Shown here piece after piece: positions 1-11,902 of a DNA stretch of 64,000 nt (the stretch's first letter is position 1; every line of letters begins with the position of its first letter). Both the position numbers and the translations under genes were made by a program. Below the pieces are notes generated by a model. The model was not told where the DNA came from. It saw only the letters and a list, made by a program, of their open reading frames with translations, and ran no database searches. Origin of the DNA: Halodesulfurarchaeum sp. (GTDB lineage: Archaea; Halobacteriota; Halobacteria; Halobacteriales; Halobacteriaceae); the NCBI GenBank assembly GCA_034520565.1, contig JAXHNL010000001.1:81482-145481 (forward strand). Reading direction: 5' to 3'.

Positions 1-115
1 CCACGCGTTCGAGAGAGATGGACTCGGGCCGACCATCGAGAAAGCACCCTGCGAGAGATTTCCACCCTCCACCCATTTGAGAAGCGTTAAATAAGACAGT
101 AGCATTCGGCCACTC

Positions 116-466
116 ATGTCAAAGGGACGCCGAGTTGCGGTCACAGCGGCACGAGACCTGACGGCCTTCCAGAAAAACATCCTCCGGGTTCTCGCCGAAC
201 AGCCCCGCTACGGGCTCGCGATCAAGCGCGAACTCGAGGCGTACTACGACGACGAAGTGAACCACGGTCGCCTGTATCCCAACCTCGACGACCTCGTCGA
301 TGCGGGATTCGTCGAAAAAAGCGCCCTCGATAAACGCACCAACGAGTACGGCCTGACCGAGGACGGCCTCGAAGCGGTCCGGGACGACCTGCGCTGGTCA
401 CTCGAACACTTCCTCACCGACGCGGAACGCAACGAGTTCGTCGAATCGATCCTCGACGACGAATAA
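116..466 (+). CDS. PadR-family winged-helix transcriptional regulator
   Basis: Haloarchaeal PadR motif YGLAIKRELEAYY...VNHGRLYPNLDDLV...KRTNEY. Confidence 0.85.
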   Translation: MSKGRRVAVTAARDLTAFQKNILRVLAEQPRYGLAIKRELEAYYDDEVNHGRLYPNLDDLVDAGFVEKSALDKRTNEYGLTEDGLEAVRDDLRWSLEHFLTDAERNEFVESILDDE

Positions 467-533
467 CCCCTGCCGGAGCCGATTCTGACGCCGCGTTCCG
501 TTTCGTGCTGTCGGGACTGGGACCGGGGTTTCC

Positions 534-1094
534 TCACCCGTCCCGTTCCAGTGGGAATGGTTCGCCAGCGACCGCGAACACTCGTTCGAGTGACGTCTCG
601 ACGGCGGCCGCTTCCGTACCCGAGGGCCAGGCGTTCCGTGGAAAATACTCCGCGAGAAAGTCCTCGATTTCGACCGACGTCGCCGCCTCGATTCGGGCAG
701 CGTGATGGTTGGCCATATACGTTCCAAACGCCGCGGCGTTCGCCCCGTGTGTCTCGCCGAACTGCTCGGCAACCCGCTCGGCGAGGGCCTCGTTGTGTGC
801 CTCGATAGCTGCCCAACTGTCCCCCTGGGGCAGGCTGTACAGGGGACCTTCGACCGCGTTTTCGGTCGATTCCAGGTGTTCCGGCTGGAAGGTTCCGTCC
901 GCGAGCCAGTGATCGGGATAGCAAACGAGCACCGGATCGGACTGGTCCTCGCGGACGCGGGCGGCGTATCCATAGCGGTCAAGGAGCGTGTCCCGGCGCT
1001 CTCGAATGGCTACCGGATCGGAGTGGGTCTCACGCCGGATCGTCCGGGTCATGGCCCGGACGGTTTCGAAAACCGAATCGGGGAGGTCAGGCAT
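534..1094 (-). CDS. Conserved haloarchaeal hypothetical protein (rnhA-operon protein)
   Basis: Acidic ORF starting MPDLPDSV and overlapping the rnhA stop; contains FLAEYFPRNAWP. Confidence 0.7.
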   Translation of the reverse strand: MPDLPDSVFETVRAMTRTIRRETHSDPVAIRERRDTLLDRYGYAARVREDQSDPVLVCYPDHWLADGTFQPEHLESTENAVEGPLYSLPQGDSWAAIEAHNEALAERVAEQFGETHGANAAAFGTYMANHHAARIEAATSVEIEDFLAEYFPRNAWPSGTEAAAVETSLERVFAVAGEPFPLERDG

Positions 1095-1683
1095 CGTCAA
1101 GCGCTTCGTTCGCCAGTTCGTCGGCGCGTTCGTTCGTTTCTCGGGGGACGTGTTTGATCGCGTATTCCCCAAACTCCGAGAGCAATTCGTGGACTCGGAC
1201 TCGATACTCCCGAAGGGTCGGATCGTTCGTGTTCCAGGCCCCGGAGACCTGCTTGACGATGAGTTCCGAGTCGCCTCGAATCTCGGCTTCGTCGTAGCCG
1301 TACCGAACGGCGACCTCGAGACCGCGAATTAGTGCCTCGTACTCGGCCTGGTTGTTCGTGGCGCGGCCGATCGTTTCACCCCCTTCGTCCACGATTCCGT
1401 CGCCGTCCACGAGAACCCACCCGACGGCGGATGGGCCGGGATTCCCCCGACACGCACCGTCGAAGTAGACGTAAACACGGCCGCTACCGTCCGCGGCCAG
1501 CACGGAGGTGATATCGACCGGTCGTTTCCCTTGCACCACGAGGCTGTCCTCGTAAGCGACCGCGTGGGCCTCCCCGAGGTCCGCGTGGTATCGCTCGTGC
1601 TCGGTCTTTCCCGGCAAGATGGTCGCTCCTGCGTCTTCCAGCTCCGCTCTTGCCGCCTCGACGTCGCACTCCAGGACCGGCAT
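1087..1683 (-). CDS. rnhA: Ribonuclease HI
   Basis: YFDGACRGNPG, ATNNQAEY, GDSELIVKQ and HVPRETNERADELAN motifs; start taken at MPVLECD. Confidence 0.93.
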   Translation of the reverse strand: MPVLECDVEAARAELEDAGATILPGKTEHERYHADLGEAHAVAYEDSLVVQGKRPVDITSVLAADGSGRVYVYFDGACRGNPGPSAVGWVLVDGDGIVDEGGETIGRATNNQAEYEALIRGLEVAVRYGYDEAEIRGDSELIVKQVSGAWNTNDPTLREYRVRVHELLSEFGEYAIKHVPRETNERADELANEALDDA

Positions 1684-1859
1684 CGGTTCCGAATCGGCGA
1701 CCGACACACAAGTAAGCGCCGGAACCCGAGAGCCGTTCAGCATCGGTACACGGATCGTTTCAGGGACAGCGAGTGTCGTTTCGCGATTCTGTCGCTCACC
1801 GGAGGTAACGACCGAGGCAACGGGTTTATGAAGGTCGAGACTGCTACTATAAAAGTGCA

Positions 1860-2820
1860 ATGACACGGTCCACCCGCCAGCGGGAGCGACAAGCGGCCGA
1901 GACCGAGGAGTCAAAAGAGGACGTCCGGGAGTGTCCCGAATGTGGCTCCGAGGAGCTGGTCAAAAGCTCCGACCGGGGGGAGCTCGTTTGTAACGAGTGT
2001 GGGCTCGTCCTCGAAGAGGAAAAGATCGACCCCGGCCCGGAGTGGCGCGCCTTCAACCATCAGGAGCGTCAGGAAAAGTCCCGCGTGGGGGCCCCGACGA
2101 CCCAGACGATGCACGACAAGGGGCTGACGACCACAATCGACTGGAAGGACAAGGACGCCTACGGGCGCTCGATCTCCTCGAAGAAACGAAGCCAGATGCA
2201 CCGGCTGCGAAAGTGGCAGGAACGCATCCGGACCAAGGACGCCGGCGAACGCAACCTCCAGTTCGCACTCTCGCGAGATCGACCGCATGGCGAGCGCGCT
2301 CGGGGTTCCGCGTTCGGTCCGGGAAGTCGCCTCCGTCATATATCGACGCGCCCTCAAGGAAGATCTCATTCGCGGGCGCTCGATCGAGGGTGTCGCGACG
2401 TCAGCACTGTATGCCTCCTGCCGGAAGGAAGGCATCCCCCGGAGTCTCGAGGAGATTTCCGAAGTATCACGGGTCGAGCGCAAGGAGATCGGCCGAACCT
2501 ACCGATACGTCTCCCAGGAACTCGGCCTCGAGATGGAGCCGGTCGACCCGAAGAAGTACGTCCCTCGCTTTTGCTCCGAACTCGAACTCTCCGAGGAGGT
2601 CCAGTCCAAGGCCAACGAGATCATCGAGACGACCGCGGAGAAGGGACTGCTCTCGGGCAAGTCCCCGACCGGCTACGCGGCCGCCGCGATATACGCCGCC
2701 TCGCTTCTGTGTAACGAGAAGAAGACTCAAAGGGAGGTCGCAGACGTCGCCCAGGTAACCGAGGTGACGATCCGGAATCGGTACCAGGAGCAGATCGAAG
2801 CGATGGGCATCCATCACTGA
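1860..2820 (+). CDS. tfb: Transcription initiation factor IIB (TFB); one-base frameshift near 2275
   Basis: Zn ribbon CPECGS...[15 protein letters not shown] and [10 protein letters not shown] in ORF 1860; cyclin repeats ([31 protein letters not shown]) continue in another frame to 2820. Confidence 0.93.
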
Positions 2821-2920
2821 TTCCTGGCGGGTGGATCGACACGAAGTGGCGTACTGGCTGTGGACTGGGCGGAATGCGGGAAACGAAGCCGTTTTGACGG
2901 GCCGAAGTGTCCAGTGAGCC

Positions 2921-3619
2921 ATGAGCGGGCCGTGGACACAGTGGGATCACGTCCTCAAGGTCGATCCCGACAAGGAACTCGCCGAGGGAGACACCTTCGC
3001 GGACGTCTGTACGAGTGGGACCGATGCCATCGAGATCGGCGGCACCACCGGCATGACCGAGGAGAAAATGGAACAGGTCGTTTCGGCCTGCCGGGAATAC
3101 GACATCCCGCTCTTCCAGGAGCCCTCGAATCCGGGCGTGGTCATCAGGGATCCGGGACTCGACGGCTATCTCATCCCGACGGTGTTCAACGCCGGGGACC
3201 CCTTCTGGATCACCGGCGCCCACAAGGAATGGGCGCGGATCGACGAAATCGACTGGGACCGGACCTACACCGAGGCCTATGTCGTCCTCAATCCGGAGGC
3301 CTCGGTCGCCTCTTATACGGAGGCCAACTGCGACCTCGACGACGACGAGGTGGCCGCCTACGCCTCGATCGCGGAACGGCTCTTCGGCCAGGACATCGTC
3401 TACCTCGAATATTCGGGCATGCTGGGCGATCCCGAGACCGTCGGGACCGCCGCTGAGGCGCTCGACGAGTCGACCCTCTTTTACGGTGGCGGGATTCGCG
3501 ATTACGAGTCGGCCAAGACGATGGGGGCCGTCGCTGACGTCGTCGTTGTCGGCGACCTGGTTCACGAGGAGGGCGTCGCGGCCGTCGAGGAGACGGTCCG
3601 GGGCGCCAAGGAAGCCTGA
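2921..3619 (+). CDS. Geranylgeranylglyceryl/heptaprenylglyceryl phosphate synthase (PcrB family)
   Basis: [19 protein letters not shown] and FYGGGIRD motifs. Confidence 0.9.
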   Translation: MSGPWTQWDHVLKVDPDKELAEGDTFADVCTSGTDAIEIGGTTGMTEEKMEQVVSACREYDIPLFQEPSNPGVVIRDPGLDGYLIPTVFNAGDPFWITGAHKEWARIDEIDWDRTYTEAYVVLNPEASVASYTEANCDLDDDEVAAYASIAERLFGQDIVYLEYSGMLGDPETVGTAAEALDESTLFYGGGIRDYESAKTMGAVADVVVVGDLVHEEGVAAVEETVRGAKEA

Positions 3620-3705
3620 CCGGGGCCCGATCCGACGCCACCCTCCCCGAAATCGGCCAACCGAAATACGGGCGTTTAAGAGCGATCCGGAGTGTAGTTG
3701 GGCCC

Positions 3706-5010
3706 ATGCGAGACCGGACACACGCTGCAGACGCCGAACCCGGCATGGAGGCCACGATCGCCGGGTGGGTTCACGAGATACGCGACCTCGGGGGGATCGC
3801 CTTTCTGATCCTCCGAGATCGAACGGGCAAGATTCAGGTGAAATTCGAGAAGGACGAACTGGAAGCGGACCTCGTCGACCGCGCGCTCTCCGTCCACCGC
3901 GAGAGCGTGATCCAGGTGACCGGAACGGTCTTCGAAGAAGACCGGGCGCCAACGGGCGTCGAAATCGTTCCCGAAACTTTTGACGTGATCGCCAAGGCCG
4001 ATCCCGAACTCCCGCTTGACCCCTCGGGCAAGGTCGGCGCCGAACTCTCGACCCGCCTCGACAACCGGACACTCGATCTCCGCCGGGACGAGACCCGGGC
4101 CATCTTTGAGATTCGAAGCGAAGTACTTCGAGCCGGGCGCGAGACGTTCCGCGACCTGGGCGGCACCGAGATCACGACCCCGAAGATCGTCGCCACCGGA
4201 ACCGAAGGCGGTACCGAACTCTTCCCCATCACGTACTTCGGCCGCGAAGCGTTCATGAACCAATCCCCACAGCTCTTCAAGCAGCTGCTCGCGGCCTCCG
4301 GCCTCGAACGGGTGTTCGAGATCGGACCGATCTTTCGCGCGGAGGAGCACAACACGCCACGTCACCTGAACGAGGCGACCAGCATCGACTTCGAGAGCGC
4401 CTTCATCGACGCCGACGAGGCGATGGACGTCGCCGAAACCTTCGTCAGGTCGGTGTACGAGGCAGTTGGGTCGAACTGTGCCGCTCAGCTCGAAACGCTG
4501 GGACTCGCGAATTCCTTCGAGGTCCCGGCGGACGACTTCCCGCGGATCACCTACGAGGAGGCCATCCAGCAGGCGAACGCGACAGGCGTGGTCGACGAGC
4601 AACTCGTCTGGGGTGACGACCTCCCCACCGAGGCCGAGAAGGCACTGGGCGAGGAGATCGGTCAACATTACTTCATCACGAACTGGCCATCCGAGGTCAA
4701 GCCGTTCTACATCAAGGACGAGGACGACGACCCGGACGTGTCGACTGGATTCGACCTGAACCACCCCCGGATGGAACTCGTTTCCGGGGGTCAGCGCGAA
4801 CACCGCTACGACGAGCTGGTTGAGGGCTTCGAGGCCCAGGGTCTCGACCCGGCCGCCTTCGAGTACTACACCAAGATGTTCAAGTACGGAATGCCGCCAC
4901 ACGCCGGCTGGGGAATGGGTGCCGAGCGGCTCCTCGTCACGATGCTCGATCTCGACAACATCAGGGAGGCCGTCCTCTTCCCGCGGGACCGAACGCGGCT
5001 CTCGCCGTAG
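3706..5010 (+). CDS. aspS: Aspartyl-tRNA synthetase (archaeal type)
   Basis: OB fold [11 protein letters not shown]; motifs [36 protein letters not shown]. Confidence 0.97.
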   Translation: MRDRTHAADAEPGMEATIAGWVHEIRDLGGIAFLILRDRTGKIQVKFEKDELEADLVDRALSVHRESVIQVTGTVFEEDRAPTGVEIVPETFDVIAKADPELPLDPSGKVGAELSTRLDNRTLDLRRDETRAIFEIRSEVLRAGRETFRDLGGTEITTPKIVATGTEGGTELFPITYFGREAFMNQSPQLFKQLLAASGLERVFEIGPIFRAEEHNTPRHLNEATSIDFESAFIDADEAMDVAETFVRSVYEAVGSNCAAQLETLGLANSFEVPADDFPRITYEEAIQQANATGVVDEQLVWGDDLPTEAEKALGEEIGQHYFITNWPSEVKPFYIKDEDDDPDVSTGFDLNHPRMELVSGGQREHRYDELVEGFEAQGLDPAAFEYYTKMFKYGMPPHAGWGMGAERLLVTMLDLDNIREAVLFPRDRTRLSP

Positions 5011-5013
5011 GAA

Positions 5014-5850
5014 ATGATCGACCGGCCCCTCGCCCGGGCGTTCGTTCCCGGGCACGTCACGGGCCTGTTCACCGTCCACCGGACTGAGGACCCGCACACC
5101 ACCGGGTCACGGGGGGCTGGATTCACCCTCCGTGATGGGGTGACGGTGTCGGTCCGGGCGGCCGACGAGACGGCGGTTTCGATCGACGGAAATGAAAGCG
5201 TTGTGGAGCCCGTAAGGCGCGTCCTCGAGGCACTTGACGTCCGGGCGTTCGTCGACGTCGAGGCCGATCTCCCGGTCGGGACGGGTTTCGGCCTCTCCGG
5301 TGGGATGGCACTGGGGACGGCCCTCGCCGCGAACGAGGGGTTCGAACTGGGCCACACCGAAAACGAGCTGATCCGGATCGCTCACGTCGCCGACGTGGAG
5401 GCCGGCACCGGACTGGGCGACGTGGTCGCACAGGCCCGGGGCGGGATCGTGCTTCGGCTCGAACCCGGTGCCCCTCCTCACGGACGGCTTGACGGAATTC
5501 CAGGGAGGGGCCGGGTCGAGTTTTTGACCTTCGGAGAACTGTCGACCCCGGACGTACTCACTGCACATCCCGAAACGATTACCCGAGCGGGAACGAGCGC
5601 CCTCGAATCGCTACGGGAAAACCCCACCGCCGCTCGATTCGTGCAGACCGCATCGGACTTCAGCTCGGAGATCGGGCTGGAAACCGAAGCCGTCGGATCG
5701 ATTCTGGATACCGTCGAAGACACAGGTAACACGGCATCGATGGCGATGTTGGGGGAGACAGTCTTCGCGTTCGGACGAGCCCTTAGCGACGCCGGCTTCG
5801 ATCCCGAGGTCTCGGCGATCGACCCGTGTGGTGCCCGGCTCCTCGAGTAG
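5014..5850 (+). CDS. Pantoate kinase (GHMP family)
   Basis: FVPGHVTGLF, PVGTGFGLSG, GTGLGDV and SMAMLGETVF; adjacent to phosphopantothenate synthetase. Confidence 0.9.
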   Translation: MIDRPLARAFVPGHVTGLFTVHRTEDPHTTGSRGAGFTLRDGVTVSVRAADETAVSIDGNESVVEPVRRVLEALDVRAFVDVEADLPVGTGFGLSGGMALGTALAANEGFELGHTENELIRIAHVADVEAGTGLGDVVAQARGGIVLRLEPGAPPHGRLDGIPGRGRVEFLTFGELSTPDVLTAHPETITRAGTSALESLRENPTAARFVQTASDFSSEIGLETEAVGSILDTVEDTGNTASMAMLGETVFAFGRALSDAGFDPEVSAIDPCGARLLE

Positions 5851-5899
5851 CGGGCCCGGAGTAGCGGGATTTTTGCCACCCCGTGGCATAGGACCGGCA

Positions 5900-6656
5900 A
5901 TGACCGACGCCGCGGAGATTCCCGCCGACCATCCGCGCCACGATTCGCTACTCACGCGACACCGAATCGAGGCCGGCGTCGAGAAGGGGATCACGAGCAA
6001 GCAGGGATTGATCGCACAGGGCCGGGGGGAGGCCTTCGATTACCTGTTGGGCGAGCGGACCATTCCCAGCGCCGACCGTGCCGAACGCGCGGCAGCCGCG
6101 ACCCTGCTCGACGCCGAAACCCCCGTACTGAGCGTCAACGGCAACGTGGCTGCACTCGTGCCGGAGGCGATCGTGGAACTCGCCTCGGTCGTGGACGCCG
6201 CCCTCGAGATCAACCTGTTCAACCGGACCGAATCCCGGATGGCCGCGATCGAGTCCCACCTCGAGGCACATGGAGCCGAGCACGTCAAGGGGCGTGCCGC
6301 CGACGCCCGAATACCCGGCCTCTCCCACGAACGAGCCAAGGTCGATGCCGACGGCATTTACGCGGCCGACGTGGTGCTCGTCCCGCTCGAGGACGGCGAT
6401 CGGGCCGAAGCCCTCGCCGAGATGGGAAAAACCGAGATCGTGATCGATCTAAACCCGCTCTCCCGGTCGGCTCAGGTCGCGGCCATCCCGATCGTCGACA
6501 ACATCATCCGGGCGATTCCCCGGATGGTCGAACACGCCGCGCGAACTCGAGGCAGCCGGCCCGGACACCCGGGAGGAAGCACGGACGGCTTTCGACAGGG
6601 ACGCCGCGCTTCGTGACGCGGAGGCGACGATCCGGGAGCACTTCGGGGCGTCCTGA
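5900..6656 (+). CDS. 4-phosphopantoate--beta-alanine ligase; frameshift near 6540
   Basis: HPRHDSL, GRGEAFDYLLGE, VPLEDGDR, DLNPLSRS; a plausible acidic C-terminus (RELEAAG...FGAS*) lies in a shifted frame ending at 6656. Confidence 0.88.
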
Positions 6657-6663
6657 GCAATTG

Positions 6664-7584
6664 TCAGCCCGGAAACCGTGCTTTCGCGACGTCCCTGGCC
6701 TTTCTGGCGACTTCGACGGCCGTCGGCCCGAGCAAGTAGACGATCGGTTCGACGCCGACGGCGCCGCGATGGTAGAGGACGGTGGTCTGGGGGGTCGCTG
6801 CGATCGCTTCGGAAACGGCAGCCTCGAGTGACTGGTTCTCGATGTGTAGTTCCACGACGGTGGTTTCCCGCTCGAGGAGCGCATCGAGTGTCTCCGGCGT
6901 GAACGCGAGGTTCAATCCCGCTTTCGCTTCGCTTCCCGCCCCGCGGGCTGCGAGCAACACGCCCCCGACGTACTCGCTGACGCCGAACTCGGGCTCCCCG
7001 GGCACTTCCACGCGGCCATTTACGTCGAGAATCCGACCGGGGACGCCCACGACGTCCTCGAGGGCCGAGGCCGATTCGAGAACTTCGACGAGATTCGACC
7101 CGACGTGGGGAACGAGCCCGGCGAACCTGGTCGCGTGTTCAAGGATTCGAAGGCCCCGACGAACCGAGGCTCTGGCCCGTTCCCGTTCGAGGGCGCCCTG
7201 ATCGGGTTCGAAGGAGTCGAGGTCGTACTCGACGGTTCTGAGTTCGGGGACGGCTTCCTCGTGGAGTTCGGCGACGAGATCGCCCGGCCCCGAAAGTGTT
7301 CCGAGGAGCCGTTCGATCTCGATGAGCGCCTGGACCGGCCGAACGTCACCGGTCGCCAGCCCTGGAGTGAGGTCGGCGACGAGTTCCTGGACGCGCTCGT
7401 CTCGGGCCACCGCGTCGCTCGTGGCGATCTCGCCCTGCGCGTACTTCGAGACCGCACTCTGGCTGAGGCCGAGCTTCTCGGCCACCTCGTGTTGGGTGAG
7501 TCCGCGTTCGCGGAGTTCGCTCGCGAGCATGGCCCTGATCGTCGGGAGCACCGACTCGGCGATGACCTCCGCGCGGAACTTCAC
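6664..7584 (-). CDS. HTH plus ThiN-like domain transcriptional regulator (ThiR-like)
   Basis: N-terminal HTH ([20 protein letters not shown]); ThiN-like [22 protein letters not shown]. Confidence 0.8.
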   Translation of the reverse strand: MKFRAEVIAESVLPTIRAMLASELRERGLTQHEVAEKLGLSQSAVSKYAQGEIATSDAVARDERVQELVADLTPGLATGDVRPVQALIEIERLLGTLSGPGDLVAELHEEAVPELRTVEYDLDSFEPDQGALERERARASVRRGLRILEHATRFAGLVPHVGSNLVEVLESASALEDVVGVPGRILDVNGRVEVPGEPEFGVSEYVGGVLLAARGAGSEAKAGLNLAFTPETLDALLERETTVVELHIENQSLEAAVSEAIAATPQTTVLYHRGAVGVEPIVYLLGPTAVEVARKARDVAKARFPG

Positions 7585-8180
7585 TGCTGCTCACCCGCCT
7601 CCGGGTCGAATTCGACGTCGTCTCCGATCCGCGAGGCCGCCGGGCCGCCCTGGTCCTGGTACTTCGAACCCCGCTCGGAACCGTAGGGGGATTCGGCCGG
7701 GCTGGAGAGTTCGGTAAAGACGATCTGGGAGATGCGCATGCCGGGGGTGAGCGCCACTGGAGCGGTCCCGAGATTGGAGAGTTCGAGGGTTATACGCCCT
7801 CTAAAACCCGGATCTACAAATCCGGCTGTGGCATGCACTACCACGGCAAGTCGCCCCAGCGAGGACCGCCCCTCGACTTGCGCGACCAGGTCGTCCGGAA
7901 TTTCCACCCGCTCTTTGGTCGTGCCGAGGACGAAATCTCCCGGATGAAGGATGAACTCCTCGCCCTCCTCGATGAGGGTCTCGCTGACGTAATCCCCGAC
8001 CTGATTCTCCTCCTGGGGATGAATGCTCGGGATGTTCGTTCGTCTGAATTCGAGGAACTCCGTGCCCAGCCGCACGTCGATACTCGCGGGCTGGATCTGG
8101 AGGTCGGGATCGGAGAGGGGCTCGACGACGAGGTCGCCGTCTTCGAGCCGGGAGCGGATGTCGCGGTCCGAGAGGATCAT
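7581..8180 (-). CDS. dcd: dCTP deaminase
   Basis: [42 protein letters not shown]. Confidence 0.95.
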   Translation of the reverse strand: MILSDRDIRSRLEDGDLVVEPLSDPDLQIQPASIDVRLGTEFLEFRRTNIPSIHPQEENQVGDYVSETLIEEGEEFILHPGDFVLGTTKERVEIPDDLVAQVEGRSSLGRLAVVVHATAGFVDPGFRGRITLELSNLGTAPVALTPGMRISQIVFTELSSPAESPYGSERGSKYQDQGGPAASRIGDDVEFDPEAGEQQ

Positions 8181-8290
8181 GCAATGATCCCCGGGCCTGA
8201 TTGCCTTAAGGATACGTGATTGCCCCGATGTCCCCCTCGACTATTCAGCCAAAGGACACCTCTAAGGGCCCCGAATCACAGAGTGATCGC

Positions 8291-8629
8291 ATGAAGCAGG
8301 CCATCGTCGTCCGATCGGACCTGGGGATGGGCACTGGAAAACTCGCGGCCCAGGTTGCCCACGCCGCGCTTTCGGCCGTCGAACACGCCACCGACGACAC
8401 CGTGCGGCAGTGGAAACGGGCGGGACAGCGCAAGGTCGTCCTCAAAATCGACGGTGAGCGGGCGCTCTTCGAAATACAGGAGAAGGCAAAGACGGCGGGA
8501 CTCCCGACAGGCCTGATCCGTGACGCCGGCCGAACGCAACTCGACCCGGACACCCCGACCACCGTCGCCGTCGGCCCCGCGAGCGACGAGGCAGTCGACC
8601 GCATCACCGGCTCGCTCTCGCTTTACTGA
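8291..8629 (+). CDS. pth2: Peptidyl-tRNA hydrolase Pth2
   Basis: [25 protein letters not shown] and DAGRTQ. Confidence 0.93.
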   Translation: MKQAIVVRSDLGMGTGKLAAQVAHAALSAVEHATDDTVRQWKRAGQRKVVLKIDGERALFEIQEKAKTAGLPTGLIRDAGRTQLDPDTPTTVAVGPASDEAVDRITGSLSLY

Positions 8630-8680
8630 AGAGATCGGGTAGCGAGCGTGTTTTGCCCCCTGCACTCGAAACCCGGACAA

Positions 8681-10000
8681 ATGCGCCCGGCCCACGAGGA
8701 CGAACGCCCCTACGGAATCGAGTGGTATGCGAGCGACTCGGCCGGCGTCGGCGGACGGCTCCGTGACCGGCCAGAAGATTTCCGGGTGCGCGAGCGCGAG
8801 CGGTTCGACGTGGAGCCAATCGACGCCGATCCGGGGGATTACCCCTGGATCGTGCTCCGGGTCACCCTCGAGAACACGGACACGAACGACTTCGCACGGG
8901 AACTGTCGAATCGACTCTCGATCAGTCGCGAGCGGGTTGGCTGGGCCGGCACGAAGGACAAGCGGGCGGTCTCGACCCAACTGTTCTCCGTTCGTGGAGT
9001 CGATCCCGCGGCAGTCCCCGAAATCGGCGGCGCAACGATCGACGTGGTGGGTCGGGCCGGGCGTGGACTGGGTTTCGGCGATCTTCTCGGCAACGAGTTC
9101 GAGATCGTCGTCCGGGATCCCGATGCCCCCGAGCGAGTGGCGGAGATTACCGCGGAACTCGAGGCACAGTTCGGCGGCCGGGCTGGCGTCCCGAACTACT
9201 TCGGCCATCAGCGCTTCGGCAGCTATCGCTCGATTACCCACGAGGTCGGGCTGGCGATCCTGCGACGGGACTGGGAGGGTGCCGTGATGGCCTATCTCGG
9301 AAATCCAAGCCCCGAGGAGCCCCCGGCCTCGAGTGCGGCCCGGGAGTTCGTCGAGGAAACCCGGGACTGGGAGGTCGCCCTCGACCGGTTCCCGAATCGG
9401 TTGCGCTACGAACGGGCGATGTTGCACGACTTACACGAGTCGGACGGCGAATCCGCGGCGGACTATCGATCGGCTCTGGAGACCTTTCCCGAGAACCTCC
9501 GTCGGCTCTTCGTCAACGCCGCCCAGTCCCTGCTATTCAACGAAGTGCTGAGCCGGCGGTTCGAGGCCGGACTCCCGTTCCACGAGCCGGTCGCGGGGGA
9601 CGTCGTCGCCTTCGCGGACACGGACGCTCCGGCTGATTTCCCGCTTCCCGACGTCGATCGGATCCAGCGCGTTGGGGCGGGACAAACCGACGTGTTGACA
9701 CGGCACTGCGAGCGGGACCGGGCGTTCGTCACAGCCCCGCTTGTCGGGACCGAGACCGAGCTTGCCGAAGGAGAGCCGGGTGAAATCGAGCGGGCAGTGC
9801 TCGACGAGCACGACATCGAACCCGACGATTTCGACCTCCCCGAGCCGTATCACTCCACGGGAACCCGTCGGGCGATTCTGGTTCGAATCGAGCCCACGAT
9901 CGACTTCGGGCCTCTCACCTTCGAGTTCGGCCTGCCGAAGGGGAGTTACGCGACGGTGTTCCTGCGGGAATATCTGAAGGTGTCTCCGCTGAAGATGTGA
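8681..10000 (+). CDS. truD: tRNA pseudouridine(13) synthase
   Basis: [47 protein letters not shown]. Confidence 0.95.
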   Translation: MRPAHEDERPYGIEWYASDSAGVGGRLRDRPEDFRVRERERFDVEPIDADPGDYPWIVLRVTLENTDTNDFARELSNRLSISRERVGWAGTKDKRAVSTQLFSVRGVDPAAVPEIGGATIDVVGRAGRGLGFGDLLGNEFEIVVRDPDAPERVAEITAELEAQFGGRAGVPNYFGHQRFGSYRSITHEVGLAILRRDWEGAVMAYLGNPSPEEPPASSAAREFVEETRDWEVALDRFPNRLRYERAMLHDLHESDGESAADYRSALETFPENLRRLFVNAAQSLLFNEVLSRRFEAGLPFHEPVAGDVVAFADTDAPADFPLPDVDRIQRVGAGQTDVLTRHCERDRAFVTAPLVGTETELAEGEPGEIERAVLDEHDIEPDDFDLPEPYHSTGTRRAILVRIEPTIDFGPLTFEFGLPKGSYATVFLREYLKVSPLKM

Positions 10001-10026
10001 GGAGAAGGGGTCGAAAGGAGAACCGT

Positions 10027-10115
10027 CAGCGGGATTGGGTGGAGGTGCATCAGCGGGTTGGGTGGAGGTACATCAGCGGGTTGGGTGGAGGTACATCAGC
10101 GGGTTGGGTGGGTGG
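10027..10115. repeat. G-rich 23-bp tandem repeat (~3.7 copies)
   Basis: Unit CAGCGGGTTGGGTGGAGGTACAT at 10051 and 10074, a variant at 10027 and a partial copy at 10097. Confidence 0.9.
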
Positions 10116-10144
10116 CCGGTGTAGTGGAGGGGTTAGATAAATCC

Positions 10145-10396
10145 TTAATTGGACGTCTCGGTGCCTGCGCCGGCCGCCGTTTCGGCACCCTCAGCTGCCT
10201 CCGAACCGCCCGGCGTCAGGCCGCTGATCGTCTCACCGAGACCACCTTCGCCGATCGAGCTCTTTACCGCATCGAGGATGCTGCTGACGAAGTCGGGGAC
10301 CTGTGCGGGCAGGTCGCCGGGCGGGCCAGCTTGCATGATTGTCTGTGCCGCGTCGTTTGCCATCAGCGCAATCGATAGTGGGTCTGCTTCGATCAT
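10145..10396 (-). CDS. Small haloarchaeal hypothetical protein
   Basis: GPPGDLPAQVPDFV motif recalled from haloarchaeal small proteins; acidic composition; start uncertain. Confidence 0.6.
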   Translation of the reverse strand: MIEADPLSIALMANDAAQTIMQAGPPGDLPAQVPDFVSSILDAVKSSIGEGGLGETISGLTPGGSEAAEGAETAAGAGTETSN

Positions 10397-10676
10397 CGCA
10401 TCCCGACGTATCCGAGGGGGACAGATAAGGGAGGGAGGCCCTGAACCCGATTTTGGCGGGCTTAGTGGCGCGTTAAACTCGTTTTCGCCCGGTTAACTGG
10501 GATTTGGGACGATCTGGTGGCCGTGTTGTCTCAATGTGGGCGAAAGCGGGCGTTCGGCCTCGTCCGCGGGAACCTGGGGGCTTTGCCGAGAACACCGAAC
10601 GCCGGCTTCGCTATCCCGAATCGGGCCCTTCCCTTGGGATCAGCACGCCTTTACTCGCCGCCCCGATACGGCCCGT

Positions 10677-11402
10677 ATGGCGTGTCGCCGGTGTGGGAGA
10701 CCCCTCGAACGACCGGGAGACTACTGTCTCTCCTGTGACACCGCGAACACGGACGCGGTCGTCGTCGAGATCGATGCCACCCGGGCGACGCTCACAATGC
10801 TCGACGGAGACGCTACCCTAGGCGAGACACACATCACGACGACGCCCGAAACCGAACAGACGCTTTCCGGGACCCAGCGCCGGAACTACGCGGGGCGGAT
10901 CGCGGACGAGATCCGACGCAAGCGACCCGAATCCGTCTACGTGACCGGTGACCGGGCAGTCATCCAGACCCTCCGGTCGGCGATCCACTATCCGGTCTAT
11001 CGAGTTCCCGAGGCCGATCCAGTGAAGACGGTACTCGACCGCCGAGGCGAAGCCGATCTCGAGGTGATCGAGGCACCACCACGGGAGAAGATCGGCGGCG
11101 CTCACTCCACGATCATCGGTGATCGAACGGGCATGCAGGCGGTACAAATCGTTGCGGAGCACCCGAACGTCAAGAAAGTCGTTCCGGGACCGATCGACGC
11201 CGGTGGAAGTGGGTCCCGAACGGGAATGCGAGCCAAAGTGAGTCGCGCGGACACGAACGGAAACCTCCGATTGGTTCTACGGGATGGGTCGAGCGTCCAA
11301 GAGAACCGGGTGGTCACGACCGCGCGGGACCGGGACACCGGTGAGCGGATCAGGACCGACCTGAACGAGGCTCTGGCCGAGGGCGGACTGCGAGCGGAGT
11401 GA
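10677..11402 (+). CDS. Zn-ribbon plus DUF2103-like metal-binding protein
   Basis: MACRRC...YCLSC; C-terminal KIGGAHSTIIG, HPNVKKVVPGPI, RDGSSVQE. Confidence 0.75.
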   Translation: MACRRCGRPLERPGDYCLSCDTANTDAVVVEIDATRATLTMLDGDATLGETHITTTPETEQTLSGTQRRNYAGRIADEIRRKRPESVYVTGDRAVIQTLRSAIHYPVYRVPEADPVKTVLDRRGEADLEVIEAPPREKIGGAHSTIIGDRTGMQAVQIVAEHPNVKKVVPGPIDAGGSGSRTGMRAKVSRADTNGNLRLVLRDGSSVQENRVVTTARDRDTGERIRTDLNEALAEGGLRAE

Positions 11403-11458
11403 GTCGCCGCCGGCCCGGACACAACACGTTTTTAACCGCGCTTTGACTACCACGGAGC

Positions 11459-11758
11459 ATGAGCAAATCCGATCGCCGTCGACGGACCGGGAGTGCGGGC
11501 CGATTCGGTGCCCGCTACGGCCGGCTTGCCCGCCGACGCGTCGCCGAAATCGAGTCGGACATGCACGCGGACCACGTGTGCCCGGAGTGTGGCTCCGCGG
11601 CCGTCGACCGCCAGGGAAGTGGCATCTGGGAGTGTGACAGTTGTGGCTACACGTTTACCGGCGGCGCCTACCGGCCCGAGACACCCGGTGGCCGTGCCGT
11701 GACGCGTTCGATCAGGACCGCACTCTCCGACGGCGAGGAGGAGGAGACCGAAGAATAA
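11459..11758 (+). CDS. rpl37ae: 50S ribosomal protein L37Ae (eL43)
   Basis: [26 protein letters not shown]. Confidence 0.96.
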   Translation: MSKSDRRRRTGSAGRFGARYGRLARRRVAEIESDMHADHVCPECGSAAVDRQGSGIWECDSCGYTFTGGAYRPETPGGRAVTRSIRTALSDGEEEETEE

Positions 11759-11892
11759 TGTCCTACAAGTGCTCCCGGTGCAAGCGCGACGTCGAACTCG
11801 ACGAGTACGGCGGGGTCAGATGCCCCTACTGCGGTCACCGCGTGCTGCTCAAGGAGCGCAGTCGGGACATCAAGGAAATATCGGTCGAGTAA
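11758..11892 (+). CDS. rpoP: RNA polymerase subunit P (Rpo12)
   Basis: [34 protein letters not shown]; start overlaps the rpl37ae stop. Confidence 0.95.
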   Translation: MSYKCSRCKRDVELDEYGGVRCPYCGHRVLLKERSRDIKEISVE

Positions 11893-11902
11893 CCGCCGAG
11901 TC

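Noticed and set aside
8224-8250. CTATTCAGCC upstream of pth2 as another cassette site
   Set aside because: The last base mismatches, there is no correctly spaced second arm or partner site, and the context is core genes.
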